This document shows positions 1-9,489 of a stretch of DNA of 64,000 bases, piece after piece. Position numbers and translations under genes: made by a program. Source of the stretch: Fibrobacterales bacterium (GTDB lineage Bacteria; Fibrobacterota; Fibrobacteria; Fibrobacterales; CADBQJ01); contig JAGCEZ010000055.1 in the NCBI GenBank assembly GCA_017650365.1, positions 7,453 through 71,452 on the forward strand, written 5' to 3'. Each line of letters starts with the position of its first letter. Position 1 is the stretch's first letter. The notes below the pieces were generated by a model, which searched no databases, was not told the origin of the DNA, and saw only the letters and a program-made list of their open reading frames with translations.

Positions 1-1196
1 AGCGTCGTGCCGTAGGGGGACCCGACCTCCGCGATGGAGGCGATCTCCTGGCAGGCCTCGACGCCCTGGCCGTCGCGCACCTTCACGCCGGAGAGGTGCG
101 CGTAGACCGAATAGTAGCCCTCGGCGCCGTGCGTGAGGATGAGGCTGAGCCCCTGGCCCTGGATCGGGCCGACGTAGGCGACCGAGCCCTTCGCGACGGA
201 GCGCACGCGGGCGCCCTCGCGCGAGGCGATCTCCATGCCGAGGTTGCGCGTGACGGTTCCCAGGCCCGCGTGCTTCACGAGCCCGTAGGGCGCGGCGACC
301 TCGCCCACCACGGGCCAGCACCGCTTGAACGCCGGCGTCGCGCTCTTCCCGCGCGTCATGGCCGTGCGCGCCTTGACGGCCTTGCCGCTCCTGCGCGCGG
401 CCTCCTCCGCCTTCTTGCGCGCCGCCTCGAGCTTCGCGATCACCGCCAGCAGCGCCTTCTGCGACGCCTCGTGCTCGTCGATCAGCTGCTGGCGGCGCGA
501 GCGGTCGTCGCGCACCTGGGCGAGGCGCTTCTCGCGGTCGGCCTGGCGCGACTGCAGCTGCGCGTACTCCACGCGCCGCTCCGCGCGCAGCCTTTCGTTC
601 TCCGCGCGGCGCGACTTCAGGAGCGCCGCCTCGTCGTCGAGCTCGGCCAGGGAGCCCCGCAGGGACTCGATCAGGCGGCGGTCGCCGTCGAGCACGCGCT
701 GCCACATCCGGATCTCCGCCGGCGAGAGCCCGCGCTCCGCGGCGCGGAAGAGGAGCTCCGCCGAACGCGGGCGGCCCTTGCGGTACATGTCCCGCGCGCG
801 CCGACCCACCGCCGCGCGCTGCGCGGCGACGGCGCCCGAGAGCGAATCGACGCGCCGCGAATTCTCCTCGATCGCCGTCTGGAGAGAACGCTGCGTCTGG
901 TCCAGCGCGGCGACCAGCTGGCGCTGGCGGCGCACGCCGACGTTCAGCCGCGCGAGCTCTCCGGTCAGCCCCTCCTCCTGGCGCATCTTGTCGCGCACTT
1001 CCCTCTTCTCGCGCTCGATCTGCGCGCGGAGCTTCGCCAGCTCGCCCTGGTGCGTCTTCAGTTCGCGGTCGGCCTGCGTGGAGACCCGGACCGGGCGCTT
1101 CGCCGGGGCCTTCTTCCCCTTCGGCTTCGCGCCCCACGCCGTGGAGAGCGACAGCAGCAGGCAGAGCGCGAGGACGATCGCCTTCCGGGCCTTCAT
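1..1196 (-). CDS. EnvC-like murein-hydrolase activator (signal peptide, long coiled coil, degenerate LytM/M23 domain); C-terminus cut by the window edge
   Basis: Absent from the ORF track because it runs off the left edge. My translation of the minus strand from ATG 1196 gives MKARKAIVLALCLLLSLSTAWG (signal peptide). About 250 aa of R/E/L/Q-rich coiled coil follows, then an M23 fold: FKRCWPVVGEVAAPYGLVKHAGLGTVTRNLGMEIASREGARVRSVAKGSVAYVG..LILTHGAEGYYSVYAHLSG. ATGA overlap with the ftsX stop (1193-1196). Confidence 0.7.
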   Translation of the reverse strand, partial: MKARKAIVLALCLLLSLSTAWGAKPKGKKAPAKRPVRVSTQADRELKTHQGELAKLRAQIEREKREVRDKMRQEEGLTGELARLNVGVRRQRQLVAALDQTQRSLQTAIEENSRRVDSLSGAVAAQRAAVGRRARDMYRKGRPRSAELLFRAAERGLSPAEIRMWQRVLDGDRRLIESLRGSLAELDDEAALLKSRRAENERLRAERRVEYAQLQSRQADREKRLAQVRDDRSRRQQLIDEHEASQKALLAVIAKLEAARKKAEEAARRSGKAVKARTAMTRGKSATPAFKRCWPVVGEVAAPYGLVKHAGLGTVTRNLGMEIASREGARVRSVAKGSVAYVGPIQGQGLSLILTHGAEGYYSVYAHLSGVKVRDGQGVEACQEIASIAEVGSPYGTT

Positions 1197-2074
1197 TCCG
1201 CGGCCCTCTCGCGCAGGTGTCCGAGCACGGTCCGCGCCGAGGCGGAGGCGGCGACCAGGACGAGCAGCAGGACGATTCCCCCGCCGCACCGGCCCAGGGG
1301 CGCGAACCACTCCTCCCAGGCCGGGAAGCCGGAGGCGAGGCGCGCCATCGCGAACTCCCAGACCCCCCAGGCGGCCGAGCCCCCGAGGAGCGCGAGCGTG
1401 GCGGACTCGATCGCGAACGGCATGGCGATGGAGCGTTCGCCCGCCCCGACGTACTTCATGTTCTCGATCAGGAGCGCGCGGGCGTAGAGCGAGACGCGCA
1501 CCGCGTTCCCCAGGATGACGCGGAAGGCGAGGACCATCAGCAGGAGCAGCGCCCCGAGCAGGGTCTCCGCGCGGGCCTTCCACTCCGCGACGCGTTCCAG
1601 CGTCTCGAGCGAGGAGTTCGCGAACTCCACGCCGGGGAGCGCGGCCAGGGCGCCCGCCCACGGACGGTAGCGGAAGGCGTTCTTGAACTCCCCGGACGGC
1701 CAGACGTCGAAGGAGCGCGGGAGCGGGTTGTCGCCCGCGAGGTCGAGCGCGTCGGGCCCGAACGCCCGCGTGAACCGCTCCGCCGCGGCGCTCTTGTCCA
1801 CGAACAGGAGGTCGCCCGTCCCCTCGGTACCGCGGATCCTCTCCTCCAGCGCGGCGACCTCCGCGTCGGAGAGGTCGTCGGAGAGGAAGAGCTCCAGCTT
1901 CCAGGAATCCTCGGGCATCGGCGCCGCGCGGCGCACCACGAGGAACGCGGCCACGGTCCCCTCGAGCACGAGGGCGGCCAGAAGCACGGTGACGAGCGTG
2001 GGGAGGAGGAGACGGCGGTTCCGTCCCCAGCCGCGGAACGACTCGCGCAGAAGATGTGCGAAGTTCGAAAGCAT
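1193..2074 (-). CDS. ftsX: FtsX-like cell-division permease
   Basis: N-terminus ..LRESFRGWGRNRRLLLPTLVTVLLAALVL, a large periplasmic loop, then three C-terminal TM segments, which is the FtsX architecture. The track ORF starts at TTG 2092. ATG 2074 is preferred because it lies 15 nt downstream of a minus-strand TATTATTG box. Confidence 0.75.
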   Translation of the reverse strand: MLSNFAHLLRESFRGWGRNRRLLLPTLVTVLLAALVLEGTVAAFLVVRRAAPMPEDSWKLELFLSDDLSDAEVAALEERIRGTEGTGDLLFVDKSAAAERFTRAFGPDALDLAGDNPLPRSFDVWPSGEFKNAFRYRPWAGALAALPGVEFANSSLETLERVAEWKARAETLLGALLLLMVLAFRVILGNAVRVSLYARALLIENMKYVGAGERSIAMPFAIESATLALLGGSAAWGVWEFAMARLASGFPAWEEWFAPLGRCGGGIVLLLVLVAASASARTVLGHLRERAAE

Positions 2075-2099
2075 CCGATTTACCGATACCAATAATAGT

Positions 2100-2107
2100 T
2101 AGATTTA
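2100..2107 (+). promoter_or_regulatory. -7 type promoter box TAGATTTA upstream of tsaD
   Basis: Only AT-rich island in the 36-nt ftsX/tsaD divergent spacer. 21 nt before ATG 2129, with a GGAG SD in between. The mirror box TATTATTG (2097-2090) faces ftsX. Confidence 0.5.
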
Positions 2108-2128
2108 GGACCCTTTCCGGAGCGGAAG

Positions 2129-3145
2129 ATGATCGTGCTCGGCATCGAAAGTTCCTGCGACGAAACCGCCTGCGGCATCGTGGACGGCGACGGCAGGGTG
2201 CTGGCCAACGAACTCTACTCGCAGATCCCCGAACACGCGCCCTTCGGGGGCGTCGTCCCCGAAGTGGCCGCCCGCGCGCACCTCGAGAAGGTCGGCCCGA
2301 TCGTCCGGGCCGCGCTCGACAAGGCGGGAATCGCCCTTCCGGACGTGGACGTCGTTGCCTACACGCGCGGCCCGGGGCTCATGGGCCCGGTCCTCGTCGG
2401 GGCCTCGTTCGCGCGCGGGCTCGCCGCGGCGCTCGGAAAGCCGGCGGCCGGAATCAACCACCTCGAGGGCCACATCGCCGCGGCGAGGCTCTCGCACCCG
2501 GACCTGGAGCCCCCGTTCCTGGCCCTCACGGTCTCGGGCGGGCACACCCAGATCGACCGCGCGCTTCCGGGCTTCCGGTTCGAGACGCTCGGGCAGACGC
2601 GCGACGACGCCGCGGGCGAGGCGTTCGACAAGTGCGGGAAGCTGCTCGGGCTGGGCTACCCCGCCGGACCCTACGTCAGCCGCGAGGCGAAGAACGGAGA
2701 CCGCTCGGCGTTCCGCTTCCCGCGGGCCCTGCGCGGCGTCGACACGCTGGACTTCAGCTTCTCCGGGCTCAAGAGCGCGGTCCTGCGGCTCGTGGAGAGC
2801 CGGCCCGCCGAAGAGCTTCTCGCCCGCCGCGCGGACGTCTGCGCCGGGCTGGAGGAGGCGATCGTGGACATGCTGACCGAGCGCGCGCTGCAGGCGGGCC
2901 AGGCGACCGGAATCAAGACCCTCGCGGTCTGCGGCGGGGTCTCCGCGAACCCGAGACTGCGCGAAAAGCTCCCGGCCGAACTGGAGAAGCGCGGCATGAA
3001 GGCCCTCTTCCCCGACCTGCGCTACTGCACCGACAACGGCGCGATGATCGCCGGAGCCGCCCTTTTCCGCCTGAAATCGCAGTGTCTGGTTTTTGAACAT
3101 TTGCCGGTCTCCCCGGGGCTGGAACTCGGCGAATTTCTACAATAG
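2129..3145 (+). CDS. tsaD: tRNA N6-adenosine threonylcarbamoyltransferase TsaD
   Basis: MIVLGIESSCDETACGIVDG.. signature, 338 aa, colinear with the Kae1/TsaD family. GGAG-type SD precedes ATG 2129. Confidence 0.95.
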   Translation: MIVLGIESSCDETACGIVDGDGRVLANELYSQIPEHAPFGGVVPEVAARAHLEKVGPIVRAALDKAGIALPDVDVVAYTRGPGLMGPVLVGASFARGLAAALGKPAAGINHLEGHIAAARLSHPDLEPPFLALTVSGGHTQIDRALPGFRFETLGQTRDDAAGEAFDKCGKLLGLGYPAGPYVSREAKNGDRSAFRFPRALRGVDTLDFSFSGLKSAVLRLVESRPAEELLARRADVCAGLEEAIVDMLTERALQAGQATGIKTLAVCGGVSANPRLREKLPAELEKRGMKALFPDLRYCTDNGAMIAGAALFRLKSQCLVFEHLPVSPGLELGEFLQ

Positions 3146-3150
3146 AAGGC

Positions 3151-3822
3151 ATGAAGGCCCGTTTCGCGCCGCTTTTCCCGGTTTTCGCCGCCGCGCTCTT
3201 CGCGCAGGAGGCCGTCCCCGCCGCGTCTCCCGAATCCGGAACGCCCGCGGCACCGCAGGCCGTCGAAACGCAGGTCTCCGAAGCGCCCGCGCCCGCCGCC
3301 GGAGAGCAGGCCGCCGCGCCCGAATCCGCCGCTCCCGCCCCCGAGGCCGCTTCTCCCGCGGCCGAGGCTCCCGCACAAGCGCCCGTTGCCGAAGCCGTGG
3401 TTCCCGCGGCCGAGGCCGCGGCGCCCGCTCCCGCGCCCGAAGAAAAGAAGGCCGAGGAACGCCCCGTCCCCGCCCCGCTCGCCCCTCCCTCGGAGGAGCG
3501 CCTCTCCACCAGCGGGAACAACACGTTCCAGGACGTCGAGATCTTCGGCGACAACTGGCTCTTCTCCCCCACGATCTGGTCCGACATGCTCCGCATGGAC
3601 GACGCCGACGCGATGGTCCAGAAGAACATCGAGGAGAAGAAGTTCGCGAACGACGAGTACTTCATGCGCAACGTGGACCGCGAGGAGTTCGAGGAGGAGC
3701 GCGTGCTCCTGATGTTCGAGGAGAAGGCGCGGCGCTACGAGAAGTACCTGAAGAAGATGCGCGCGGAGATCGCCGCGGACAGCGCGGCGGCCGCCGGAAA
3801 CGCGGATTCCGCCGCGCGCTAG
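3151..3822 (+). CDS. Secreted hypothetical protein (signal peptide, about 90 aa Ala/Pro/Glu-rich linker, charged C-terminal domain)
   Basis: MKARFAPLFPVFAAALFA/QE signal peptide. High GC3. Starts 5 nt after the tsaD stop, with a GAAGG SD. No family recognised. Confidence 0.6.
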   Translation: MKARFAPLFPVFAAALFAQEAVPAASPESGTPAAPQAVETQVSEAPAPAAGEQAAAPESAAPAPEAASPAAEAPAQAPVAEAVVPAAEAAAPAPAPEEKKAEERPVPAPLAPPSEERLSTSGNNTFQDVEIFGDNWLFSPTIWSDMLRMDDADAMVQKNIEEKKFANDEYFMRNVDREEFEEERVLLMFEEKARRYEKYLKKMRAEIAADSAAAAGNADSAAR

Positions 3823-3842
3823 CCTCCCCCTCCCCCGTTTTC

Positions 3843-3850
3843 TACATTTG
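3843..3850 (+). promoter_or_regulatory. -7 type promoter box TACATTTG
   Basis: Perfect TAnnTTTG, 23 nt before TTG 3874, with GGGAGG at 3864-3869. Confidence 0.5.
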
Positions 3851-3873
3851 CGCCTCCGAGATCGGGAGGTCGC

Positions 3874-5751
3874 TTGCTTTCGCTGGAAACACATCTGGAC
3901 TCGGCGCCGAAGAGCGTCCTGGCCCCCATGCGCCGCCACTGGAACCTGGCGCCCGGCAGCGTGGTCTCCAACGCGGCGGTCGCGCAGGCCGTCCGCGAGC
4001 GCGCCTTCGACGCGGACCGGATCCAGGCCCTGCTCGAGCGGTGCACCCCCGCGCAGCGCGACGTCCTCTGGGCGGTCTACGGCTCCGGCGACCGCGGCCT
4101 TCCGGTCGAGTCGCTCCGCGCCGCCTTCCCCTCCGCCGAACGCCATCTCCTCGACGACACCGTCGAGGAGTTCCGGCGCGAACTGGTCGTCGCGCGGACG
4201 GGCGGAGGCAATCCGGTCCTGCACGGCTTCTCCGAGCTCTGGCCCGACCTGGCCGACCGCTTCGCCGACTCGGTCCCCGCGGCGGAGAAGGGCAGCCTCG
4301 CCGAAATCGGCTACGAGGCCTTCGCCGTCCAGCACCTCCTCCATCTCTTCGCCGCGCTCGCGAAGGCCCCCTGGAAGTGCACGCGCGAGGGGGCGGTCAA
4401 GCAGAGCGACCGCCGGGAGTACGACAAGTCGTTCCGCTTCGGGAAGCAGATCTCCCCGCGCCTCTTCACCGAGGTCGTGGACGGCAAGATCTCCCCGGCC
4501 ATGGGCGAGGAGCTGGCGCTCCTGCTCGAGCTTTCGCGCCGCCTGGGGTTCGTCGCCCGCGACGACGAGGGGATCCGCCTCCGCGCCCGGGCCGAGGCGG
4601 CCGCCCGCAAAAACTGCCGCGAGCTCTGGACCGCGCTGCTGGACGCCTGGACCGCGGCGCGGGGATTCTCCGCCGAAGGCCTGCGCACGCTGCTGAGGAC
4701 GCTCTCCACGCCGCGCCGCGCGCGCCCGTGGTGCAAGATCTGGTCGCTGCGCGAACGCCTGGACGCGGACCGGAAGCTGCGCTGGAGCGGGCTTCCCGCC
4801 CAGCTGCGCGAACTGGTCGTGCTGGGGATGGTCCGCCTGGGGACGGACGCCTCGGGGAGCGTGGAACTCCTGGGGCTGACGCAGTGCGCGTCCGTCTGGT
4901 GCGAGACCGGGAGCCTTCCGGCCGAGCTCGCGGAGGCCATGCCCGGATACGCGACCGCGAACTTCGAGGTCTTCGTCCCGATCACCTCCTGCGGCGAACA
5001 CGCCTGGACGCTGCACCGCGCGGCCGAACTGGCCGCGGACGAGCAGTTCCTGAAGTTCACGCTGACCGAGGAGCGGCTGCTGGAGGCCCTGCGCGGCGGC
5101 GTGGATCCGCACGACGTGCGCTCGCTCGCCGAATGGCTGAAGCTCCCCCGCGGCCCCGCGAAGACGCTGGAGGAGTGGCTGAAGTCGTTCGAGCGCTGCC
5201 GCCTGCTGCGCCCGCTGCTGCTGGAGGTGCGCGACGACGCGCTGCGCGGGAAGCTGATGGCGAGCCGCGCCCTCTCCGAATGGATCTCGTGCGAGATCGA
5301 CGGCTTCGGGCTGGTGCTCCGCGACGGAGCCGAGTCGGCCGTCCTCCCGATTCTGGAGAGCTACGGCCTGCATCCGCGCCTTCCCTCCGAGGAGGGCGCC
5401 CCCCTGCCGGACGAGCCCGCGCCCGAATCCGCGCCCGCCGCCAAGCCAGCGCCGGAGATCGACTGGAGCTGGAGCGACCCGCCGCCCGAAACCGCGCTCC
5501 GCTTCGGGGAAATCGACCTCTCCGGGAACGGGTTCGGCGAAAAGACCCCGGACCAGCGCCGGCGCCTGCTGCGCCACTGCGCGGTCAACCGGCTCGAGGC
5601 CACGCTCTGGTGGCGCGACCAGGAGGGGAAGCCGCCGAAGAAGATCCGCGTCGTCCTCGAGGACTGCGACGGCGACACGGTCTCCGGCTCCGACGAAAAG
5701 GGCCGCCCCGTCCGCGTGGAGATCGCGAAGATCGCGAACCTGCGGTTCTGA
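3874..5751 (+). CDS. Hypothetical protein with a segment resembling the XPB/Ssl2 N-terminal 'helicase-associated' domain; no helicase core
   Basis: 625-aa ORF with high GC3. TTG start preceded by GGGAGG (3864-3869) and a TACATTTG box (3843-3850). The segment LKFTLTEERLLEALRGGVDPHDVRSLAEWLKLPRGPAKTLEEWLKSFER resembles, from memory, the bacterial XPB-associated domain. Confidence 0.55.
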   Translation: MLSLETHLDSAPKSVLAPMRRHWNLAPGSVVSNAAVAQAVRERAFDADRIQALLERCTPAQRDVLWAVYGSGDRGLPVESLRAAFPSAERHLLDDTVEEFRRELVVARTGGGNPVLHGFSELWPDLADRFADSVPAAEKGSLAEIGYEAFAVQHLLHLFAALAKAPWKCTREGAVKQSDRREYDKSFRFGKQISPRLFTEVVDGKISPAMGEELALLLELSRRLGFVARDDEGIRLRARAEAAARKNCRELWTALLDAWTAARGFSAEGLRTLLRTLSTPRRARPWCKIWSLRERLDADRKLRWSGLPAQLRELVVLGMVRLGTDASGSVELLGLTQCASVWCETGSLPAELAEAMPGYATANFEVFVPITSCGEHAWTLHRAAELAADEQFLKFTLTEERLLEALRGGVDPHDVRSLAEWLKLPRGPAKTLEEWLKSFERCRLLRPLLLEVRDDALRGKLMASRALSEWISCEIDGFGLVLRDGAESAVLPILESYGLHPRLPSEEGAPLPDEPAPESAPAAKPAPEIDWSWSDPPPETALRFGEIDLSGNGFGEKTPDQRRRLLRHCAVNRLEATLWWRDQEGKPPKKIRVVLEDCDGDTVSGSDEKGRPVRVEIAKIANLRF

Positions 5752-5834
5752 TTCCCCCTCTTGGCGTTTTTGGGGATTTTAAGGCGTTTCATTGACATCG
5801 GGAGACCCCGTTTTTTGGCTATTATCTCGGTTCC

Positions 5835-8800
5835 ATGCCTTTCGTCCATCTGATCAACCACTCCGACTTCTCGATGCTCCGGTCGTCGATCCGGACCGAC
5901 GACATCGTCGCCAACGCGAAGCGCGACGCCGACGAACAGACCGTCTTCGAAGACCACGCGAACATGCGCCGGGAGAAGGACCCGGAGAACAAGGGGAAGT
6001 TCCTCGAGAAAGGGAGCATCCCCTTCTCCGGCGCGGCGGCGCTGACCGACCGCGGGAACATGTGCGGCGCGCTCGAGCTCTACTTCCCCGCGATCCAGGC
6101 GGGGATCAAGCCGATCCTGGGCTGCGAGCTGATCTACGCGCCCAAGGGGCGGCGCGACCTCTCCGACCCCGACATCGTCTGGCTCCTGGCCGAAAACAAC
6201 GAGGGCTACTACAACCTCATCGACCTCGTCTCGCAGGGCTACCTGAACGACTACAAGGACGAGCCGGTCGTGGACTGGAAGCGGATGACGGAGAAGAACA
6301 AGGGGCTCTTCGCCATCTACGGCGGGCGCCGCTCGCACCTGGGCCGGGCGCTCCTGGACGGGAACGCGAAGCTGGCGAAGGAGCGCGTGGACGCGCTGCG
6401 CGAGCTCTTCGACCACGACCACTTCTTCCTGACGATCCAGAACAACGGGGCCCCCGACGACAAAACGCTGATCGCGAAGACGGAGGAGCTCGCGGACGCG
6501 GAGGGGATCCAGGTCGTCGCCACCGGCGACAACCACTACGCCCGGCGCGAGGACCGGAAGGCCTGGCAGGTGCTGCGCTGCATCGCGCGGCGCGAGAAGC
6601 TGGCCGACTACAAGGACGAGTGGCCCGGCGAACTCCACTGCCGCACGGCCGACGAGATGGAGCTGCTCTTCCGCGACCGGCCCGACGCGATCGCCAACAC
6701 CGTGAAGATCGCCGACGCCTGCAACGTGGTCATCCGGACCAAGACCGGCTACGAGTTCTGGCCGGTGTTCCCGATCCCCGAGGGGTTCGCGGACGCGGAC
6801 GAATACCTGGCGCACATCACGTGGGAGCGCGCGCCGAAGCGCTACCCCGACATGACCGAGGAGCAGCGGACGCGCATCCAGAACGAGCTCGACATGATGA
6901 AGAAGATGCACGTGGCCGGCTACATGCTCATCGTGCAGGACTTCATCGTCTGGAGCAAGGAGCACGGCGTTCCGGTGGGCCCGGGCCGCGGCTCGGCGGC
7001 CGGCTCGGTGGTCGCCTACATCATCGGCATCACGAACATCGACCCCTTCTACTACGGGCTTCTGTTCGAACGGTTCCTGAACCCCGAGCGCGTGTCGATG
7101 CCGGACATCGACACCGACTTCTCCGACCTGGAGCGCGGCCGCGTGGTGGACTACGTGGCGGAGCGCTACGGGCAGGACTGCGTCGGGCAGATCATCACCT
7201 ACGGCCGCCTGAAGGCCAAGGCGGTGCTGATCGACGTGGCCAGCGTCCTGGGCATGAACCGGAACGAGTTCAACGCCGTCACGAAGAAGATCCCGGCGCT
7301 GATCAACGGCCTCCAGGCGCCTCCGAAGAAGAAGGAGGGGAAGTCGTACGTGGACGAGATGCCCGAGATGCGGGAGCTCTTCGTCAACGGGACGGAGCAG
7401 TACCGGCAGATCTGGGCGATCGCGCTGAAGCTGGAGAACCTCGTGCGGCAGGCGGGGGTGCACGCGGCGGCGGTCATCATCGCGCCGAAGCCGCTGCGCG
7501 AGCTGGCGCCGCTCTACCGGGCCGCGGGCGAAAAGACGCCGGCGATCCAGTACGACAAGCACTACGCGGAGGACATCGGCTTCCTCAAGATGGACTTCCT
7601 CGGCCTGCGCAACCTCTCGGTGATCACCGACGCGCTGGAGATGATCGAGGAGAACCACGGCGTCAAACTCGACATGGACCACGTGGACCTGACGGACCCG
7701 GAGGCGTTCAAGCTGATGCAGGAGGGGCGCACGATCGGCGTCTTCCAGTTCGAATCGCCGGGCATGCAGAAGTACCTGCGCACGCTGCGCCCGACGAGCA
7801 TCTTCGAGCTGATCGCCATGAACGCGCTCTACCGCCCGGGCCCGATCGAATCGATCCCGAGGTTCATCAAGCGCAAGAACGGCGAGGAGCCGATCGACTG
7901 CTACGACCCGAAGTTCGAGGGGATCCTCGGCGAGACCTACGGGGTGATCGTCTACCAGGAACAGGTGATGAAGCTCTCGCAGGAGCTCTCGGGCTTCTCG
8001 CTGGGCGAGGCGGACAACCTCCGGCGCGCGATGGCGAAGAAGAAGGGGATGGAGACCTTCGAGGGCAAGTTCAAGGACGGCGCCGTGGCCCGCGGCTTCC
8101 CCCGCGCGCTGGCGGAGAAGCTCTGGGACGTGCTGATCCCCTTCTCAAACTACGCGTTCAACAAGTCGCACTCCGCGGCCTACGGGTTCGTCGCGTTCCA
8201 GACCGCGTTCCTCAAGGCGCACTACCCCGCCGAGTTCATGGCCGCGAACATCACCTCCGAAATCGCGAACGCCGACCGCGTGGCCGTGCTGATCCAGGAG
8301 TGCCGCGACCTCGGAATCAAGGTGATCCCCCCGGACGTGAACCGGAACAAGGCGCAGTTCTCGGTGCTCGACGGCTGCCTGAACTACGGCCTCGCCGGGA
8401 TCCGCGGCATCGGGATGCCCGCCGCGCGCGCCATCGTCGCCGAACGCGCGAAGGGCGGCCCGTTCCGCTCGCTCTTCGACTTCGCGCGGCGCATGGCCGG
8501 CGAGAACCTGATCAACAAGAAGGCGCTGGAGTGCCTGACGATGGCGGGCGCCTTCGACGGGCTGGAGGGGACGCGCGCCTCGCAGTTCGCCTCGGTGGAC
8601 AAGGCGATCGACCACGGCGCCAAGTGCCTCCGCGAGAAGGAGAGCGCGCAGGTCAACCTCTTCGGCGACTTCGGCGGCGAAGGCCCGGCGCCCGAGGACC
8701 CGCAGCTCGAGAACGCGGCGCCGTGGAGCTCGCTCGAGCTCCTCGACAAGGAGAAGAAGGTCCTCGGGCTCTTCGTCTCCAGCCACCCGCTCGAGGACTA

Positions 8801-9461
8801 CGAGCTGGAGCTCCGGAGCTTCTCGACCGCCGAGCTGCTCCGGGACTTCCCCTTCTCCGACCTCCCCGAGGGGCTCCCCTGGAGGCAGCGCAACGACCCC
8901 TCCCTGAAGCACCGCGTCTTCGTCGGCGGGATGGTGGAGAAGTTCCAGGCGCGCGTCAGCGAAAAGGGGCAGAACGCCGGGAAGCCCTTCGGCTCGGGCG
9001 TGCTCGCCACGAAGGCGGGCGAGCACCTCGACTTCGTCTTCTGGCCGGACGTCTTCGCCGCCGTGCAGGACCGCGTCGCCCCGGAAAGCATCGTCCTGCT
9101 CTCGGGCTACCTCGAGCACCGCAGGGGCGGGGGCCCGGACGACGTCCAGCTCGTGGGCGAGAACGCCTGGTCGCTGGAGAGCGTGCTCCCCAAGCTGACC
9201 CGCGCCGTCCACGTGGACGTGGACCTCTCCGCGCAGGGCGCGGAGTTCCTGGACGAGCTGAACGAGTTCCTGGACGACTGCGCCCCCGAACCCGGGGAGC
9301 CCGCGGCGAAGATCGTCATCAACGCCGCGCTCCCGTCGAAGAAGCGCGTCCACGCGCTGCTCGACCAGAAGCACGCGGTCGCGGTCACGCGCGGCTTCGT
9401 CAAGTCGCTCGCCGCGCTCGCGGGCGGGACGTCGCGCATCCGGCTCGCGCGCGAAGTCTAG
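5835..9461 (+). CDS. dnaE: DNA polymerase III alpha subunit
   Basis: 1208 aa. N-terminal PHP domain (FVHLINHSDFSMLRSS), then palm/fingers (..GPGRGSAAGSVVAYIIGITNIDP.., PDIDTDF) and a C-terminal OB region. Confidence 0.95.
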   Translation: MPFVHLINHSDFSMLRSSIRTDDIVANAKRDADEQTVFEDHANMRREKDPENKGKFLEKGSIPFSGAAALTDRGNMCGALELYFPAIQAGIKPILGCELIYAPKGRRDLSDPDIVWLLAENNEGYYNLIDLVSQGYLNDYKDEPVVDWKRMTEKNKGLFAIYGGRRSHLGRALLDGNAKLAKERVDALRELFDHDHFFLTIQNNGAPDDKTLIAKTEELADAEGIQVVATGDNHYARREDRKAWQVLRCIARREKLADYKDEWPGELHCRTADEMELLFRDRPDAIANTVKIADACNVVIRTKTGYEFWPVFPIPEGFADADEYLAHITWERAPKRYPDMTEEQRTRIQNELDMMKKMHVAGYMLIVQDFIVWSKEHGVPVGPGRGSAAGSVVAYIIGITNIDPFYYGLLFERFLNPERVSMPDIDTDFSDLERGRVVDYVAERYGQDCVGQIITYGRLKAKAVLIDVASVLGMNRNEFNAVTKKIPALINGLQAPPKKKEGKSYVDEMPEMRELFVNGTEQYRQIWAIALKLENLVRQAGVHAAAVIIAPKPLRELAPLYRAAGEKTPAIQYDKHYAEDIGFLKMDFLGLRNLSVITDALEMIEENHGVKLDMDHVDLTDPEAFKLMQEGRTIGVFQFESPGMQKYLRTLRPTSIFELIAMNALYRPGPIESIPRFIKRKNGEEPIDCYDPKFEGILGETYGVIVYQEQVMKLSQELSGFSLGEADNLRRAMAKKKGMETFEGKFKDGAVARGFPRALAEKLWDVLIPFSNYAFNKSHSAAYGFVAFQTAFLKAHYPAEFMAANITSEIANADRVAVLIQECRDLGIKVIPPDVNRNKAQFSVLDGCLNYGLAGIRGIGMPAARAIVAERAKGGPFRSLFDFARRMAGENLINKKALECLTMAGAFDGLEGTRASQFASVDKAIDHGAKCLREKESAQVNLFGDFGGEGPAPEDPQLENAAPWSSLELLDKEKKVLGLFVSSHPLEDYELELRSFSTAELLRDFPFSDLPEGLPWRQRNDPSLKHRVFVGGMVEKFQARVSEKGQNAGKPFGSGVLATKAGEHLDFVFWPDVFAAVQDRVAPESIVLLSGYLEHRRGGGPDDVQLVGENAWSLESVLPKLTRAVHVDVDLSAQGAEFLDELNEFLDDCAPEPGEPAAKIVINAALPSKKRVHALLDQKHAVAVTRGFVKSLAALAGGTSRIRLAREV

Positions 9462-9489
9462 CGCGGAGCGGCGCGGACGCCGCGGCGGG

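Noticed and set aside
3022-5795. Very long ORFs 3022..5577 (-, 851 aa) and 3093..5795 (+, 900 aa)
   Set aside because: The translations are Arg/Gly/Pro/Ala-rich with no recognisable motifs. They are antisense to, or out of frame with, frames that have proper signal peptides, SD sequences and GC3 bias (3151..3822 and 3874..5751). These are typical high-GC shadow ORFs.
5793-5827. Sigma-70-like TTGACA (5793-5798) ... TATTAT (5820-5825) upstream of dnaE
   Set aside because: The spacing is 21 bp, too long for a canonical -35/-10 pair. I only note TATTATCT as a weak variant of the recurrent TAnnTTTN box.
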